The notes beneath the pieces were generated by a model. The model made no database searches and had not been told where the DNA came from. It saw nothing but the letters and a program-made list of their open reading frames with translations. Below, in pieces: positions 1 to 19,339 of a stretch of 64,000 nt of DNA (position 1 is its first letter; every line of letters begins with the position of its first letter). The stretch lies in NCBI RefSeq assembly GCF_009914755.1, contig NC_060934.1. One strand, 5' to 3'. The translations under genes were made by a program, and so were the position numbers. Source of the DNA: the human T2T-CHM13v2.0 reference genome, Homo sapiens.

Positions 1-4259
<4,259 letters not shown>

Positions 4260-4666
4260 TAAATCTAGGCAGTCTTTAACAAAATTGGTGCTTCATGTGT
4301 TTAAGAGGCATAACTTAAGAATTGTTTGTTTCTTATAAATCAGGAGAATGGAGGTTTAATAGAGGTGAACTGTCTTTCTCACTGCAGAACCTTTAATATG
4401 CCACTATGCATTGTAAATCTCCCAAGAGTGAGATTCTAGTATGATGCTTTTCTTTTCCTTTTCTGTTCTTTCCCTTTCCCTCTACCTCCTTTTTCTTTTC
4501 TTTGTTGGTGGCATGAGTCCTATATTATAAGGAAATGCTTTTAGAGTACAGTCTTCTGATATATAGTGATTTTTGAAAAAGATTTATTTATTGTCTTGTT
4601 CACTGTGAGCTTTTTCCCCCATGTATAAGCAGCTGTGTAATAGATTCAAGAGCACCCCCTCGCCCC

Positions 4667-4953
4667 TTTTTTTTTGAGACAGAGTCTCGCTCGGTCACTC
4701 AGGCTGGAGTACGGTGGTGCTGTGATCATGGTTCACCTCGACTTCTGGGCTCCAGCGATCCTCCCACCTCATCCTCTCAAGTAGCTGGGACCACAGGCGT
4801 GTGTCACCGTACATGGCTAATTTTTCTATTTTTAGTAGAGGCAGAGTTTCGCCATGTTTTCCAGGCTGGTCTCGAACTCCTGAACTCAAGCAGTCCACCT
4901 GTCTCAGCCTCCCAAAGTGCTGGGATTACAGGCGTGAGCCTCCACTCCCAGTC
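4667..4953 (-). mobile_element. Alu (AluJ-like)
   Basis: Reverse Alu consensus. Confidence 0.9.
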
Positions 4954-5368
4954 TCAAATATTCTTTTGAAATATTTGAAATATGTTGATCTCTCAGTCTT
5001 TCAACCTTAGTTGTATGTTGATTTTCAATAAAAAGGAAGTATTTGTTGCCCTAACATCAGTATTGGCTATTCAGTTTAAAAAAGGAGTTAAAGAGATGTT
5101 ATTTATAGGCAGGCTTCAAAAGAGGAAAGAATGATCAGTTTCATTCTCTGTTTCTAGCATATTCTGACTCCTTCTCTCATATTACCTCGTTTTTCCCACA
5201 TTTTTTCTTTAATAAAGTGAAATTCACATAACAGCTAACCATTTTAACCACGGAAAGTGTACATTCCGTGGCATTTATTACCTTCACAGTGTTACCTCTA
5301 CCTTTATCAAGTTTCAAAACATTTTATCACCCCAAAAGAAAGCCCTGTTCTTATTGGGTGCCTCTTGC

Positions 5369-5675
5369 TTTTTTTTTTTTTTTTTTTTTTAAATCTTGAG
5401 ACGGGGTCTTGGTTTGTTTCCCAGGTTGTAGTGCAATGGGGCGATCTCATCTCATTGCAACCTCTGCCTCCCGAGTTCAAGCAATTCTCCTGCCTCAGCC
5501 TCCCGTAGCTGGGACTACAGGCACGCGCCACATGCCTGGCTAATTTTTGTATTTTTAGTAGAAACGTGGTTTCACCATGTTGGCCAGGCTAGCCTTGAAC
5601 TCCTGACCTTAGGTAATCTGCCTGCCTTGGCCTCCCAAAGTGCTGGGATTATAGGCGTGAGCCACCGTTCTGGCC
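5369..5675 (-). mobile_element. Alu (AluS-like)
   Basis: Reverse Alu with T-tail. Confidence 0.92.
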
Positions 5676-7375
5676 ACCTCCTACTTCTTTCATTAGTCTT
5701 AATTCCTTAGTGGATTTGACAGTGTTTATATTATCTACACCAATGCATTTTTTTGTATGTTAATAATAGGAGATATTTATTGGGCATTTATTTACATACT
5801 TATTTGCATGTGTAACTGTTGTATAGCCAGTTTATGTATATAATCTTACTAAATCTCTACAGTAAATCTATCCCCATTTCATAGATGGTTTAAAAGAAGT
5901 TAACTTCCCCAAGCATTACTTTTAGTAAGTAGTGAGACTGAAGGTTGAGTTCTGGTCTGTCAGATTCCGAAGTTGTTTCCTTAGGAACCATATTATCTTG
6001 TGTACAACTCTTGGGCTAATCTTGTTAATATTCTTTATTTGACCTCACACTGTTGATTCATACCATGTTTAAAATTGAAATACATTACCTATATTTAAAA
6101 ATTGAGACCTCACATAAAAAGCTATATTTCTAGCTGCTTTTGAAATTTCGAAGGATCTTCCAACACTTGGCTGACATTCCTGCGTGACAAAAATCAGCTG
6201 GAGCTGTGTAATGTCCGACCTGTCTCTGTCAATGAACAGATTATTCATTGTCATTTCTCATCTGTTTTTGAGATTGTAACTTTGATTCTGTATAACTCAT
6301 AGAATTAGTAGTTAGACCTATATATGTTAGTTATTACATTATTTGTATATGTACAGACTGCTTTAGACAATATTGTAGTGTTATATGTTAATTTTATCAA
6401 TTAAAATGTGCTATAGGATCATTGTAGAGATCTTGTCTCTAATTAACAGGATTCATAAAGAGAAAACAAAGGAGAGAAACATCCAGATTGAAAAGACCTA
6501 CATAGTGCCAAGCACAATAAAAGAAACCCTATACTAGGCAAATTATTATGAAATTTGTTTTAGGACACCAGAAATAAAGATAATATCTAAAAACTTTTTA
6601 GAATCGCCTAGGAGGGATTAGGAATATGAATAGCATCTAACTTGTTGGCAGTAGAATTGAAGGTAGAAGGTGGTAAAACATCACCTTGAAAGTTCTGCAT
6701 TCAGCCTAGAATTCTGTATCCAGTTAAACCATCAATCAAGTGTGAAAGTAGGGGGAAAAACTCAAGGACTAAAAAAATGTGCTCATGAAGAACATTTTTT
6801 TTGGACATTACCCAGAAGATGTGGTTCAACAAAACAAGGGAATAAACCAAGAAAGGAAATAAAAGAGCTTCAGTAAACAGAGAATCCCACTCAGAAGCAA
6901 CAAAGAAGAAAGTCCCAGGATGACAGCTGTGACACAAGCTGAAAAGTTACCAGTTTTGCTTGGAGCAGGAGATTAGAACTTCCGGGAAAATAATCAAATT
7001 GATAGATGGATGTTGAAATATTTGGAGAAAAATGTAATGGATTCTTGCAAAACTGAGCAAATTAGAAAAAGGAAACAATTATTAGCATTGGTGGTTTGAG
7101 TTAACCCAAAATTGTGATGTTGCTATTTTAGGGGAATTAAGATAAGTGAAACACGTATGGAATACTGCTAGTTTTGTAAGTCTCCTTTACCATGGCAGGA
7201 CATCTGTAGTTAATAAATCTGTAAGAAGCAGTATTAAGAATAATATTTTAAAATACCTAATTAAATAGGAGGAAAAAGAATCCGAGTAGTTGAGGGTGAT
7301 TGCATCTGGGGAGAAGCAGGAATAAAGGTTTGAAGATAAATAGGGCCAGAGATGAGTAATTTTGTTACTGTGATA

Positions 7376-7489
7376 ATATATTTTATATATATGTGTATGT
7401 GTGTGCGTGTGTATATATATATATGAGATATATCTCATATATATGAGATATATATGATATATATATGATATATATGATATATATATATA
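7376..7489. repeat. AT-rich (TA)n/(TG)n/(ATATG)n simple repeat
   Basis: Direct inspection; lies at the 3' end of the adjacent old L1. Confidence 0.9.
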
Positions 7490-8337
7490 AAACATACAGT
7501 TCAGTAGCATTAACATCTAGCATTCAGTACATTTACATTGTTGTGCAATTGTCACCACTGTCCATCTCTAGAACTTTTTCATTATCCCACACTGACATAC
7601 CACACCCATTAAATAATAACTCCTCATTGCTCCTCCTGTTAGTACCAACCATTGTTCTACTTTCATCTCTATGTATTTGACTATTCTAGGTACCTCGTAT
7701 AAGCGGAATCACGTGATATCTTTTTGTAACTGGCTTATTTCACTAACTATCTTCGAGGTTCATCCATGTTGTAGCAGTTGTTAGCATTTCCTTCCTTTTA
7801 AAAGGCCGAATAATATTCCATTGTTATGTATATACCATATTTTGTTTATCCATTTATTCATCAATAGACACTTTTGGCTGTTGTGAATAATGCTGCTATG
7901 AATATGGGTATGTAATACCTGTTTGAGTATCTGCTTTCATTTCTTTTGGATATGTACCCAAAAGTGAGATTGCTGGATTGAATGGTAATTCTATATTTAA
8001 ATTTTTGAGAAACCACCATACTGTTTGATATACTGGCTGCCCAATTTTACATTACCACCAGCAATACACTAGGGTTCCGAATTTGCCACATCCTCACCAT
8101 CGTGTTGTTTTGTTTATGTTTTTTTTTAATAATAGCCATCCTAATGGGTGTGAAGTCTCATTGTGGTTTTAATTTGCATTTTCCTAATGATCAGCGATAT
8201 TGAACATTTGCACATGCTTATTTGGTCATTTGTATATCAGCTTTGGAGCAATGATGTCTCTTGAAGCCTTTTGCCCATTTATGAATTGAGTAGTTTGGGA
8301 TTTTTAAATTGTGTTTTAGAAGTTCTTTGTATACTCT

Positions 8338-8627
8338 GGCTGGGCACGGTGGCTCGTGCCTTTGGGAGGCCGAGGCAGGTGGATCACGAGGTTAGGAGTT
8401 CAAGACCAGACTGGCTGGTATAGTGAAACCCCATCTCTACTAAAAATACAAAAATTAGCTGGTGTGGTCGGGCGTGATGGTGCACACCTGTAGTCCCAGC
8501 TGTTGGGGAGGCTGAGGCAGGAGACTTGCTTGAACCCGGAAGGTGGGGGGGTTGCAGTGAGCTGAGATTGTGCCACTGCACTCAGCCTGGGTGACAGAGC
8601 GAGACTCTGTCTCAAAAAAAAAGAAAA
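8338..8627 (+). mobile_element. Alu (AluS-like) nested in L1M
   Basis: 20-bp TSD AGAAGTTCTTTGTAT(A/T)CTCT at 8318-8337 and 8628-8647; small deletion in left arm. Confidence 0.93.
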
Positions 8628-9153
8628 AGAAGTTCTTTGTATTCTCTGAATATTAATCCCTTATTGGATATGTTATTTGCAAATATTTTCTCCCATAAAG
8701 AATGGGTTACTTTTTCACTCTGTTGATTGTTTCCTTTGCTGTGCAGGAGCTATTTAGCTTGAAAAAATCCAACTTGTCTGTTTTCTTTTGTTGCCTGTAC
8801 CTTTGGTGTCACATTCAAGAAATAATTGCCAAATTCATACCATGAAACTTTCCCCCATGTTTTCTCCTGAAGGTTTTTATAGTTTTAGCTCTCACATTTA
8901 GGTGTTTGATCCATTTTGAGTTAAATTTTGTATATAATGTTATGTAAGAGTCCAGCTTCACACTTTTGGATGTGAATATCTAGTTTTCCCAGCATTATTT
9001 GTTGAAAAGAGTGTCTTTTTCCCCATTGAATAGTCTTGGCACTCTTGTTGAAAATTATTTGACAATAGATGCAAGGGTTTATTTTTGGGCTCTCTCGACT
9101 ATTCTGTTAGACTATATGTTTGTTTTTTTATGTCAGGACCACCCTAATTTTAG

Positions 9154-9558
<405 letters not shown>

Positions 9559-9567
9559 TAGGATGGA

Positions 9568-9721
9568 TTTTTTTTTTAACTTTTAAGTTTAGGGGTGCAT
9601 GTGCAGGTTTATTACATAGGTAAATTTGTGTCAAGGTGTTCTGTTGTATAGATTATTTCATCACCCAGGTATTAAGCCTAGTACCCATTAGTTATTTTTC
9701 CTGAGCTCGCCTCCTCCCACC
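9568..9721 (-). mobile_element. Severely 5'-truncated older L1PA 3' end (about 150 bp) nested in L1M
   Basis: T-tail plus L1PA 3'UTR end (catgtgcaggtttattacataggtaaa...cccaggtattaagcctagtaccc); TGGATTTTTTTT on both flanks. Confidence 0.8.
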
Positions 9722-10328
9722 TGGATTTTTTTTTTTATTTCTACCAGAAACATTGTTGGGATTTTGGTAGGGATTGTATTAGTCTGTAGATTGCATTGAA
9801 TAGTACTGACATCTTAACAATATTAAGTCTTTAAAGCCATGAACACCAGATGTCTTTCCATTTATTTACGTATTCTTTCTTTTCTTTCAGCAATGTTTTG
9901 TAATTTTCAGTGTACAAGTATTTTACCTCCTTGGTTAAGTTAATTCCTAAGTATTTTATTCATTCTGATGATCTTATAAATCTGTTTTCTTAATTTCCTT
10001 TCCTAATTGTTCATTCTTAGGGTATAGAAACACAACTGATTCTTCGCACATTAAATTTGTGCCCTGCTTCTTCGCGGGTTTGTTTATTCTTTTTTTGTGT
10101 TTGAAATCCTTGAGGTTTTCTGCATATAAGATTATATCATCTGCAAATGAGATAATTTTACTTGTTCCTTTCCAATTTGAGATGATTTTTATTCATTTTC
10201 TTAATGCTCTCTCATACATTCAATACTATGTTGAATGGAAGTGGTGAAAGCAGGCATCCTGTCTTGTTTCTGACCTTATAGGAAAAGCTTTCAATTCTTT
10301 GCCATTGACTATCATGTTAGCTATGGGA

Positions 10329-10689
<361 letters not shown>

Positions 10690-11829
10690 TGAGTGTTTTT
10701 ATCATAAAATCTTGTTGAATTTTTTCAAATATTTTTTCTGTGCTAGTTGAGATGACCATGTGATTTGTTTTCTTCTTTCTATTAACATGATATATTGTTT
10801 TTCATATATTGAGCCATTTTTGCATCCCAGGAATAAATTTTACTTGGTCTTCGTGTATAATCCATTTAATAAGCTGTGGAATTCAGTTTGTTGGTTCTGT
10901 GTTGAGGACTTTATATCAATGTTCCTAAGGGCTACTGGTCTATAGTTTTCTTTTGTAGTTTCTTTGACTTTGCTATCAGGGCAATGCTGGCCTCATTGAA
11001 TGTGTTAGGAAGTGTTTCCTCATCCATTTTTGGCAAAACTTTGGGAAAAAACGATGTTCTTTAAATGTTTGATAGAATTCACAGATAAAAAAATCACATC
11101 TAGGGCTTTTGTCTGGAATTTTTTTATTGTTATTATTGATTCAGTCTTGTTACTAGTTATAGGTCTATTCAGATTTTCTTTTTGTGTGTGTGATTCAGTA
11201 TTAGTACATTTTGTACTTCTCGTTATTTCTCCATTTAATCTATATTATCTAATTTGTTGGCATACAATTGTTCATAGTACTGTCTTCTCTTTTTTTTAAA
11301 CTTCTGTGCAGTTGATACTAATGTCCCTACTTTTATTTCAGATTTTAGTAATTTGAATCTTCTTTATCTTAATACAGGTAAAGCTGGGTCAATTGTTAAA
11401 ATTTTTTCAAAGAACCAGTTTTTGGTTTCATTGATTTTTCTCTGTTATTTTTCTATTATTTATATCCTCTCTAAGCTTTGTTATTTCCTTCATCCTGCTA
11501 GCTTTGGGTTTATTAGTTTGTTCTTTTTCTAGTTCCTTAAGATTTGAAGTTGGATTATTGATTTGAGATCGTTTTCAATTAAATGTGTACAACTACAAAT
11601 TTCCCTCTTAGGACTGCTTTTGCTGTTCTGTAATTTTTGGCATGTTGTGTTTTTTTGTTTTAATTTATTTCTAAGTATTTTCTAAGTTCCCTTGTGATTT
11701 CTTCTGCGTTTAACCGTGTATTTTTTAATTTCCACAGTTGGTGAATTTTCTACTTTTTCTTCAGTTATTGATTTTATTGATTTTCAGTGGCATCCTGTTG
11801 TGATAGAAGATACTTTATTTGGTTCCCTG

Positions 11830-12122
11830 TTTTTTTTTTAAAACAGAGTGTTGCTCTGTCACCCAGGCTGGAGTGCAGTGGTGCGATCTTGGCTCACTGC
11901 AACATCCACCTCCTGGGTTCGAGCAATTCTCCTGGTCTCAGCCTCCCCAGTAGGTAGGATTACAGGCACATGCCACCATGCCCAGCTAATTTTTGTATTT
12001 TTAGTAGAGACAGGGTTTCGCCATGTTGGCCAGGATGATCTCGAACTCCTGACTTCAAGTGATCCACCCGCCTTGGCCTCCCGAAGTGCTAGGATTATAG
12101 GCGTTAGCCACCTTGTCTGGCC
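11830..12122 (-). mobile_element. Alu (AluS-like)
   Basis: Reverse Alu consensus. Confidence 0.92.
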
Positions 12123-14788
12123 CAGATCCTCTATTTTCTTGCCTATATTCTGACTGGGTGTTTTTGTCCATTATTGAGAGTAGGGTATCGAAGTGTCCAG
12201 CTGTTATTTCAGAACTGTCTGTTTACCTTCAATTCTGTCAATTTTTTGCTTCATATAATTGGGTGGTCTCTTATTAGGCATGTAAATGTTTTTGATTATT
12301 ATATCTTCTTGCTATATTGACACTTATTGATGTGTAATATCTTTTTTGTCTCAACCTTGTTTTGATTTAGTTTGTCTAATATTAATGTAGCTACCTGCAC
12401 TCTCATTTGGTTATTACTTGTATAGAATGTCTTTTTACATCCCTTATTTGTGTCTTTGGATCTGAAATGAGTCTCTTGTAGACAGCATATACAATCTCTT
12501 GTAGATTGTGTTTTTCTTATACATTCTGTCAAACTCTGCCTTTTGATTGAAGAGTTTTATCATTTACAATTAAAGTAATTATTGATAAGGATTTAACTGC
12601 TGCCATTTTGCTGTTTATTTTCTATATGCCTTACAGCTTTTTTGTCCCTCATTTCCTGCCTTACTGGCACTTGTGTTTAGTTGATATTTTGTGGTGAAGT
12701 GTTTTAATTTCCTTGTTATTTCCTTTTGTTTATATTCTGCTATTTTCTGTGTGTGTGTGTGTGTGGTTGCCATTGGGGGTCACATTTAATGCCCTAAAGT
12801 TATAACACTGCAATTTCAATTTATACCAATTTACTTTCAATAGCATACAAAAATTCAGCTCATAAGATTCAGTCCCTGCTCCCTTCCAGTTATTGATGTC
12901 ATAAAATTACATTTTTATGTATTGTGTGTCTAAAAGCGTAGACTAATAATTGTTTTTTAATGCAGTAGTGTCTTAATTTGTGGAAAACAAAAAGTGGAGT
13001 TGTAAACCAATGTTACAATAATGCTAGCTTTGGTAATTGCTCATGTATTTATCATTTCTCAGATCTTTATTTCTTAATACAGCTTCAAGTTACTGTCTAG
13101 TCTCCTTTTATTTCAGCCTGAAAGACTCACTTCAGCGTTTCTTGCAGGACAGGTCTGGTGATAATGAACTCTCTCAGATTTTGTTAATCTGGAAATGTCT
13201 TAATGTCTTCATTTTTAAGGACATTTTTGCTGGATATAGTATTCTCAGTTGACAGGTATTTGTGTTTATTTGTTTGTTTCCTTTCAGGATTTTAAATATA
13301 TCATCCCACTGCCTTCTGTCCTTCAAGAGTTCTGATGAGAAATCTGCTGATATTGAGGATCCCTTTGTATGTTACAAGTTGCTTCTCTCATTCCATGTTC
13401 AGGATTCTCTTTTTTCATAGTTTGATTATAATCTATCTCAGTTTTTCCTACTTGGATCTCTGAGTTTTTCCTACTTGGAGTTAATTGAGCTTCTTGAATA
13501 TTTATATTCATGTCTCATCAAATTTGGGAAGTTTTTGATTAATATTTCTTCACATAATCTTTTTTGCCCCTTTTCTCTCTTTTTATTCTGGGATTCCCAG
13601 AGTGTGTATGTGTTGGTCCACTTGATGATGGTGTTCCACAGGTGTCTTAGGCTCTTGTCTTGAATTTTCCTTCAGTTTTTTTTTTCTGTTCCTCAGACAC
13701 GTGGTATTTTCAGCTGTTCTGCCTTCCAAGTTTACTGATTCTTCTGCCTGCCCAAATTGGCTTTTGAATTCCTCTAGTAAATTTTTATTTCAGTTTTTGT
13801 ACTTTTCAGCTCCAGCATTTATTTTTTGATTTTTTTATGTTTTCTCTTTATTGATATTTCAATTTTGTTTTTTGACATTATCCATATCTTCCTTTAGCTT
13901 TTTGAGCACCTTTCAACATTTGTTTTAAAGTCTATGTCTAGTAAGTGTCTGCCATCTGATCTTCTCAGGCACAGTTTCTGTTAATTTATTTTTTTCCTTT
14001 TGGCCTATACTTAATGTTTTGCTTGGGGTAGTTTTTTTTTTTGGTATGCTTTGTGATTTTTGTTGTTGTTGTCAAAAACTGGAATTTGAATCTTAAAGAG
14101 TGGTAACTTTGGAAATTAGATTTTTCTCTTTTCTCTAAGATGTGCTATTTTGTTTGGTTTTTTTATTTGTTGTAGAGTATTTCTATGCTGGGTGTAATCT
14201 TAAGATCTTCTCGGCCTGTGTTTTTCCCTGGGCATGTGTAGTGACTTTCTAAATTGCCCTATGTATGCAGTTCTTTTGCAGTAGTATCCTCCTTAAATGT
14301 TTGGCTCCTAAAAGGCAAAATAAATAAATAAATAAATAAAAATTAAAAATTAAAAATAAATCAAAGGGGTGAAATAGCTCTGGATCTTTAAATCCCTGGA
14401 GCAATTTTTTCAGCCAATGGCAGTTAAATAATGATAGTCTGCCTCTGTGTCACATTTTGATCAGAAGCAGCAATTAGCAATCAGAACACAGATTCCTGAT
14501 ATTTGGAGGGCAAGGTCTTTGTTGCCAACCTTGACTCTTACAAACTGTGTGCAGGGTGCTCTGGGAACATGTGCATGGTTGCCTGCTTTGAGAGTGGGTG
14601 ATGGGTAGCCGCGACGGCACAAAGAGCTGAAATTGACTCAAACTAACTGATTTACCATTCAAGTCTTTCCTTAGAAACTGAAAACCTGAATAGACTCCAG
14701 AGTTCCAGAATCACAGATTCTGCTTACAGTCGTCTAGGTGGGGAGATGGGTTCCTGGTACTTCTGATTCTGCCATCTTTCTTTGACTA

Positions 14789-15094
<306 letters not shown>

Positions 15095-17830
15095 CTTAGA
15101 CAAATTTTTTATTCCAAACTTTTTTTATTTTATCATTTGAAAGGTATATGTTTATTATTTTGTCAAAAATAATTTTAAAACGTATTCTTGAAGCTTATTT
15201 AGATCTGTTTCATAGGAACTGTGAAGAAAGTAAAGAATTTAAAAAATGAAGACAGATTTTCTCACCCTGCTTATGGGTGCTTCTCGTGCTAGCCTTTTGC
15301 AAGTGTCGGGAAGTGTAACCTGCAGGAGGCATCAGGGCTTTGGGCCTGCATGGTCTGAGTGCTGCCCTGTGAGTTTCAGAAGGCGCAGCAACCTGTATAC
15401 CTGAAAGCCATCTCTGCTGGGGCAGGTACCTAGTGTCCCCACCTACCTGGGTCGTAGTCAGGCCCTGGGCAAGCCTGCTATGCTTTTCCTTCCCTAATCC
15501 CTCAGGGGTGGGATAGAGAGCACAGTGGCCTCCCAGGGAGGTAGAAGCTGCTCCAGACTAACAATCAGAGCTGCCAGTTCTTAATCCCCAAGACCGCCAG
15601 ACTTCACAAAGACATACCGAGGTCTGTGCTGTCAGTGCCCCACTACTACACTCCCTTAAGTAGCCCCACATTCTTGTGCTTGTTTCTTTTTTCTGCTCTC
15701 TTTCCTTGCCCAGGTAAGAGGTCTGCCCATAAGGGATATTTTGCAGCATGTGAAGCTTTTTAAAAAGTTAGGCTTATTGAAGTATAATTTACACACAAAG
15801 TACAAAAAAAAAAAGACTGTGTTCTCAAATCTGTGAGTCATTAATGGGTTTAGATGTTTATATATTGAAATTATTGGAAGTAAGGTATGTTTATATTAGA
15901 AAGATTTGTAGTCTAGATTATCCAAGTTTTGGGAGTATTACCTCTCTGCTTTTGTTTATCTACTTTTTTAGTCTCTACTTTCCAAGTATCTATAGGCAAA
16001 TTTTCCCATTTCCCTTTGGAAAGTGCTGTTTTCTTGCTTTTTTTCCGCCTTTCCATTGTGTCAGACTTATAAGGCAATCAGCCAACTGTGGGCATGAAAT
16101 CCTTGGGAGGAAAGAGAAGGAAGTGGGAGGGGCAGCCATGGTGAATGTTTCCCTAAGTTATAGTCAAGTTCTTTGAGAGAACATAACCTCATCCCCTTTT
16201 TAAACTGTTGTAATACTTTCTTTTAAATAGATTGTTTATTCTCCTGCAAGTCTCACAGTTGTTCACAGTGGTAGGTAAGAAATCATAAAGTTCAAATATT
16301 AAAGGGAGCTCACAAAAGAGCATGGTTTCACCAGCCCTCACTAAAAACAAAATTATGGGAAAATGCTGTAAAAGAAACCAGAATTCTTGGTTGCAAATGA
16401 TAGAAAGTGACTCTGATTTACCTAATCAGAAAGGAATTTTTAAAAAAGTATTAGGTAGGTCATAGTTTGACAACAAGACTTGGAAGATAGGTGGAAGCTA
16501 AGGGAAGCAAGACATGGCCCCAAGGTTTCAACAGGAGCAATCTGCTTAGGACTTTGCTGCTTGGACACTTGGTGTAATAGCTGCTGCCACTATGCCTCGA
16601 AACTGGTGACTCTGCTCATTAACTCACCTCCTCTGGTGATCTCTAGGAATAATCTCTGACTCTCCTGTACCTTGTCCTCACTAGGATTCGGTATCCACGG
16701 CAAAAAGATCTATTAATAGTTGGTATCAGGCCTGTACATGTGTTAAGAGAAAGATGAGGAAAGAAGTATCTGCTTCTAATCTCTTGAAATTATCTCCAAA
16801 TTGAAATGGTATTTTGGTTGCCTAACAGCCTGAAGATGACAAATATCCCCTACAAATTTCTCCTATTTTACCCTCTTCCTAACTATATCTGTAATTTAAA
16901 GTTTCACATATTCTTTTGAAAATTGTTTTCATTGTTTACCCACTTTTTAAGAAAAGCAAATGGGAACATACTACCACTGTTTGGCCCCTTTCAAAAATTT
17001 TATATCTGAGGAATCTTCCATATTGTTGTGGACATCTACCTACCTGATTCTTTTATTAACTACCTTTTATTTCATTTTATGATCATGCTATCATTAATAG
17101 GCCCCTATGATGAATATATAAGTTGTTTCCAGTTTTTTTTTTGTCATTGAGAACAGTTCACATATGTATCTTGTTGTCTTTTCCAAGTATATCTTTAAGG
17201 CAAATTCTTAGCAGTGGAGTTGCTAGGTCCATTGCGTCTATGGTTTAAACTAGTGCCTTCAAAAATGGTATTTTATATACTCACTGTTTAAGAGTGCTTC
17301 TTCCTTCTATCCCCACTAACTTTGGCAAACTGAATAGTTTCAAACTTTAACTTTTTATAGCTTGTTGGCAAAAAATGGTATCTTGTTATTTGATCGTGTT
17401 TTTTTAATTGTGAGGTTTAGCGACTTTTTGATGTATTGGTCTTATGTACTTTCTGGTGTGTGTGTATGTATATACTGACCCTATTTTCAACTTATTTTTC
17501 TTTTAGTTTGTTTGTATTTTCCTTAATGATTTTCAGGAAACCAATTTTATTCTTTCTTCAGACAGTTGTCTAATGTTCTGCTTCTCTTGCCATTTGAATT
17601 TTGTGACTACAAAATTCAGATGAAACAATAATAGCATAAAGAACTTGGTGGGTTATCTTTTGTTTTGCATTATTGATTGTTTATTAAGAAATATTCTTTA
17701 AAAGTCACCTTGCTTAAATTAGCAAGTAGGAAATGCTTTCAATAAAGAGAACTGTCATGTACCCACTACTCCTTACTTACTGAATCATCTTCTTTTGGAT
17801 AGAGAAGATAAAAGTGAAAAGGGAATTTAA

Positions 17831-18190
<360 letters not shown>

Positions 18191-18957
18191 TAATTTTTTT
18201 ATTGTTCTTTTTGGTGTGAACATTCTCCCCTCCTCCAAGCCTTTTGTTTTTACTATTTTCATGTTCCTTTATATGTGCTGCTGTTTTGTTTCATCTGTAA
18301 TTATCTCTCATCCCCTTTTTTGGCTATTATAATATATATATGTACGTTTTGAATCTGAGCTTTGAAGGTAAATTCACTGCAGCTGTGTTGGTTGATTTTA
18401 GATAATTTGTGTATTTCCTCCTTTGTCTTTTTTAAACTGGAGTCATTTGTAGTTGTTTATACAGAATTTTAGTTTTTAAAACCACAAGTCTTTCATTATA
18501 GGTTGAGTTATGAATTCATAGCCTGTTATTTAAATGAAGCTTTTGAAATCTGTTTTACTGATCTGTATCATATCTAACTACGCCAGTATTTCCTTCCTTG
18601 TCTGACGTGAACTCTAAAATTATGTGAACACTTTCTCCCTGTTTCCTGGCATTTCCACTCAAACTTGTTCCTCATTCTTAGTTAGAAATATATCCAGAAT
18701 TGTAGTTTCTTTCTAATCTAATGACAGAAGCAAATTAATCAAGCATGGCAAGAATTTATTGGAAAACTGCATGTAGTTGAAAATATGTTTAGTATATATT
18801 TTGACAGCTGTGAAGTCTCTAATTTTTACTGTACCTTTTCTCTGTTCCAATTTTATGCTCTATTCTAAGGATGTACCCATTTCTACTACCTGACTAGGGA
18901 GCATGTGTATTGTATCCCAGCAGATTTTTTTTTTCATAGATAGATATCCTTTAGATA

Positions 18958-19161
18958 TCTGTTATCCAGTGTAGGTAGCCACTAGCCACATGTAGCTATC
19001 ATTATGTTTAAATGTAAATAAAATAAAATAAATTTACTGAGTTGTTTTTGCTAGCTACATTTCTTGTGCTCAGTAGCTACATGTGGCTTGTGATTACTGT
19101 ATTAAGACAGCACAGATACAGAACATTTTCATTATTGCAAAAGTTCTGTTAGACAGTGCTG
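18958..19161 (-). mobile_element. MER3-like hAT-Charlie non-autonomous DNA transposon
   Basis: Internal palindromic GTAGCCACTAGCCACATGTAGCTA / TAGCTACATGTGGCT motifs and ...GTTAGACAGTGCTG end. Confidence 0.75.
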
Positions 19162-19339
19162 TTCTATACAGTGTCATTCTGCCTCTCATTCTAAAAAGTT
19201 CTAATTCCTGAAGTTGATGTACTCTTTCTGTTGCTGTCCTCTAGCTTAATCAAAATAAATTTGAGTCTTTTTAAAGGTAGGTTGCATTTTACATACTGAT
19301 ATTTCTAAATCAGAGGCTATTTATATTACTTTTTTTATA

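Noticed and set aside
15260-16760. GC-richer patch in intron 2 as possible exon or enhancer
   Set aside because: No convincing ORF or splice pair; probably old LTR-derived and not assignable by eye
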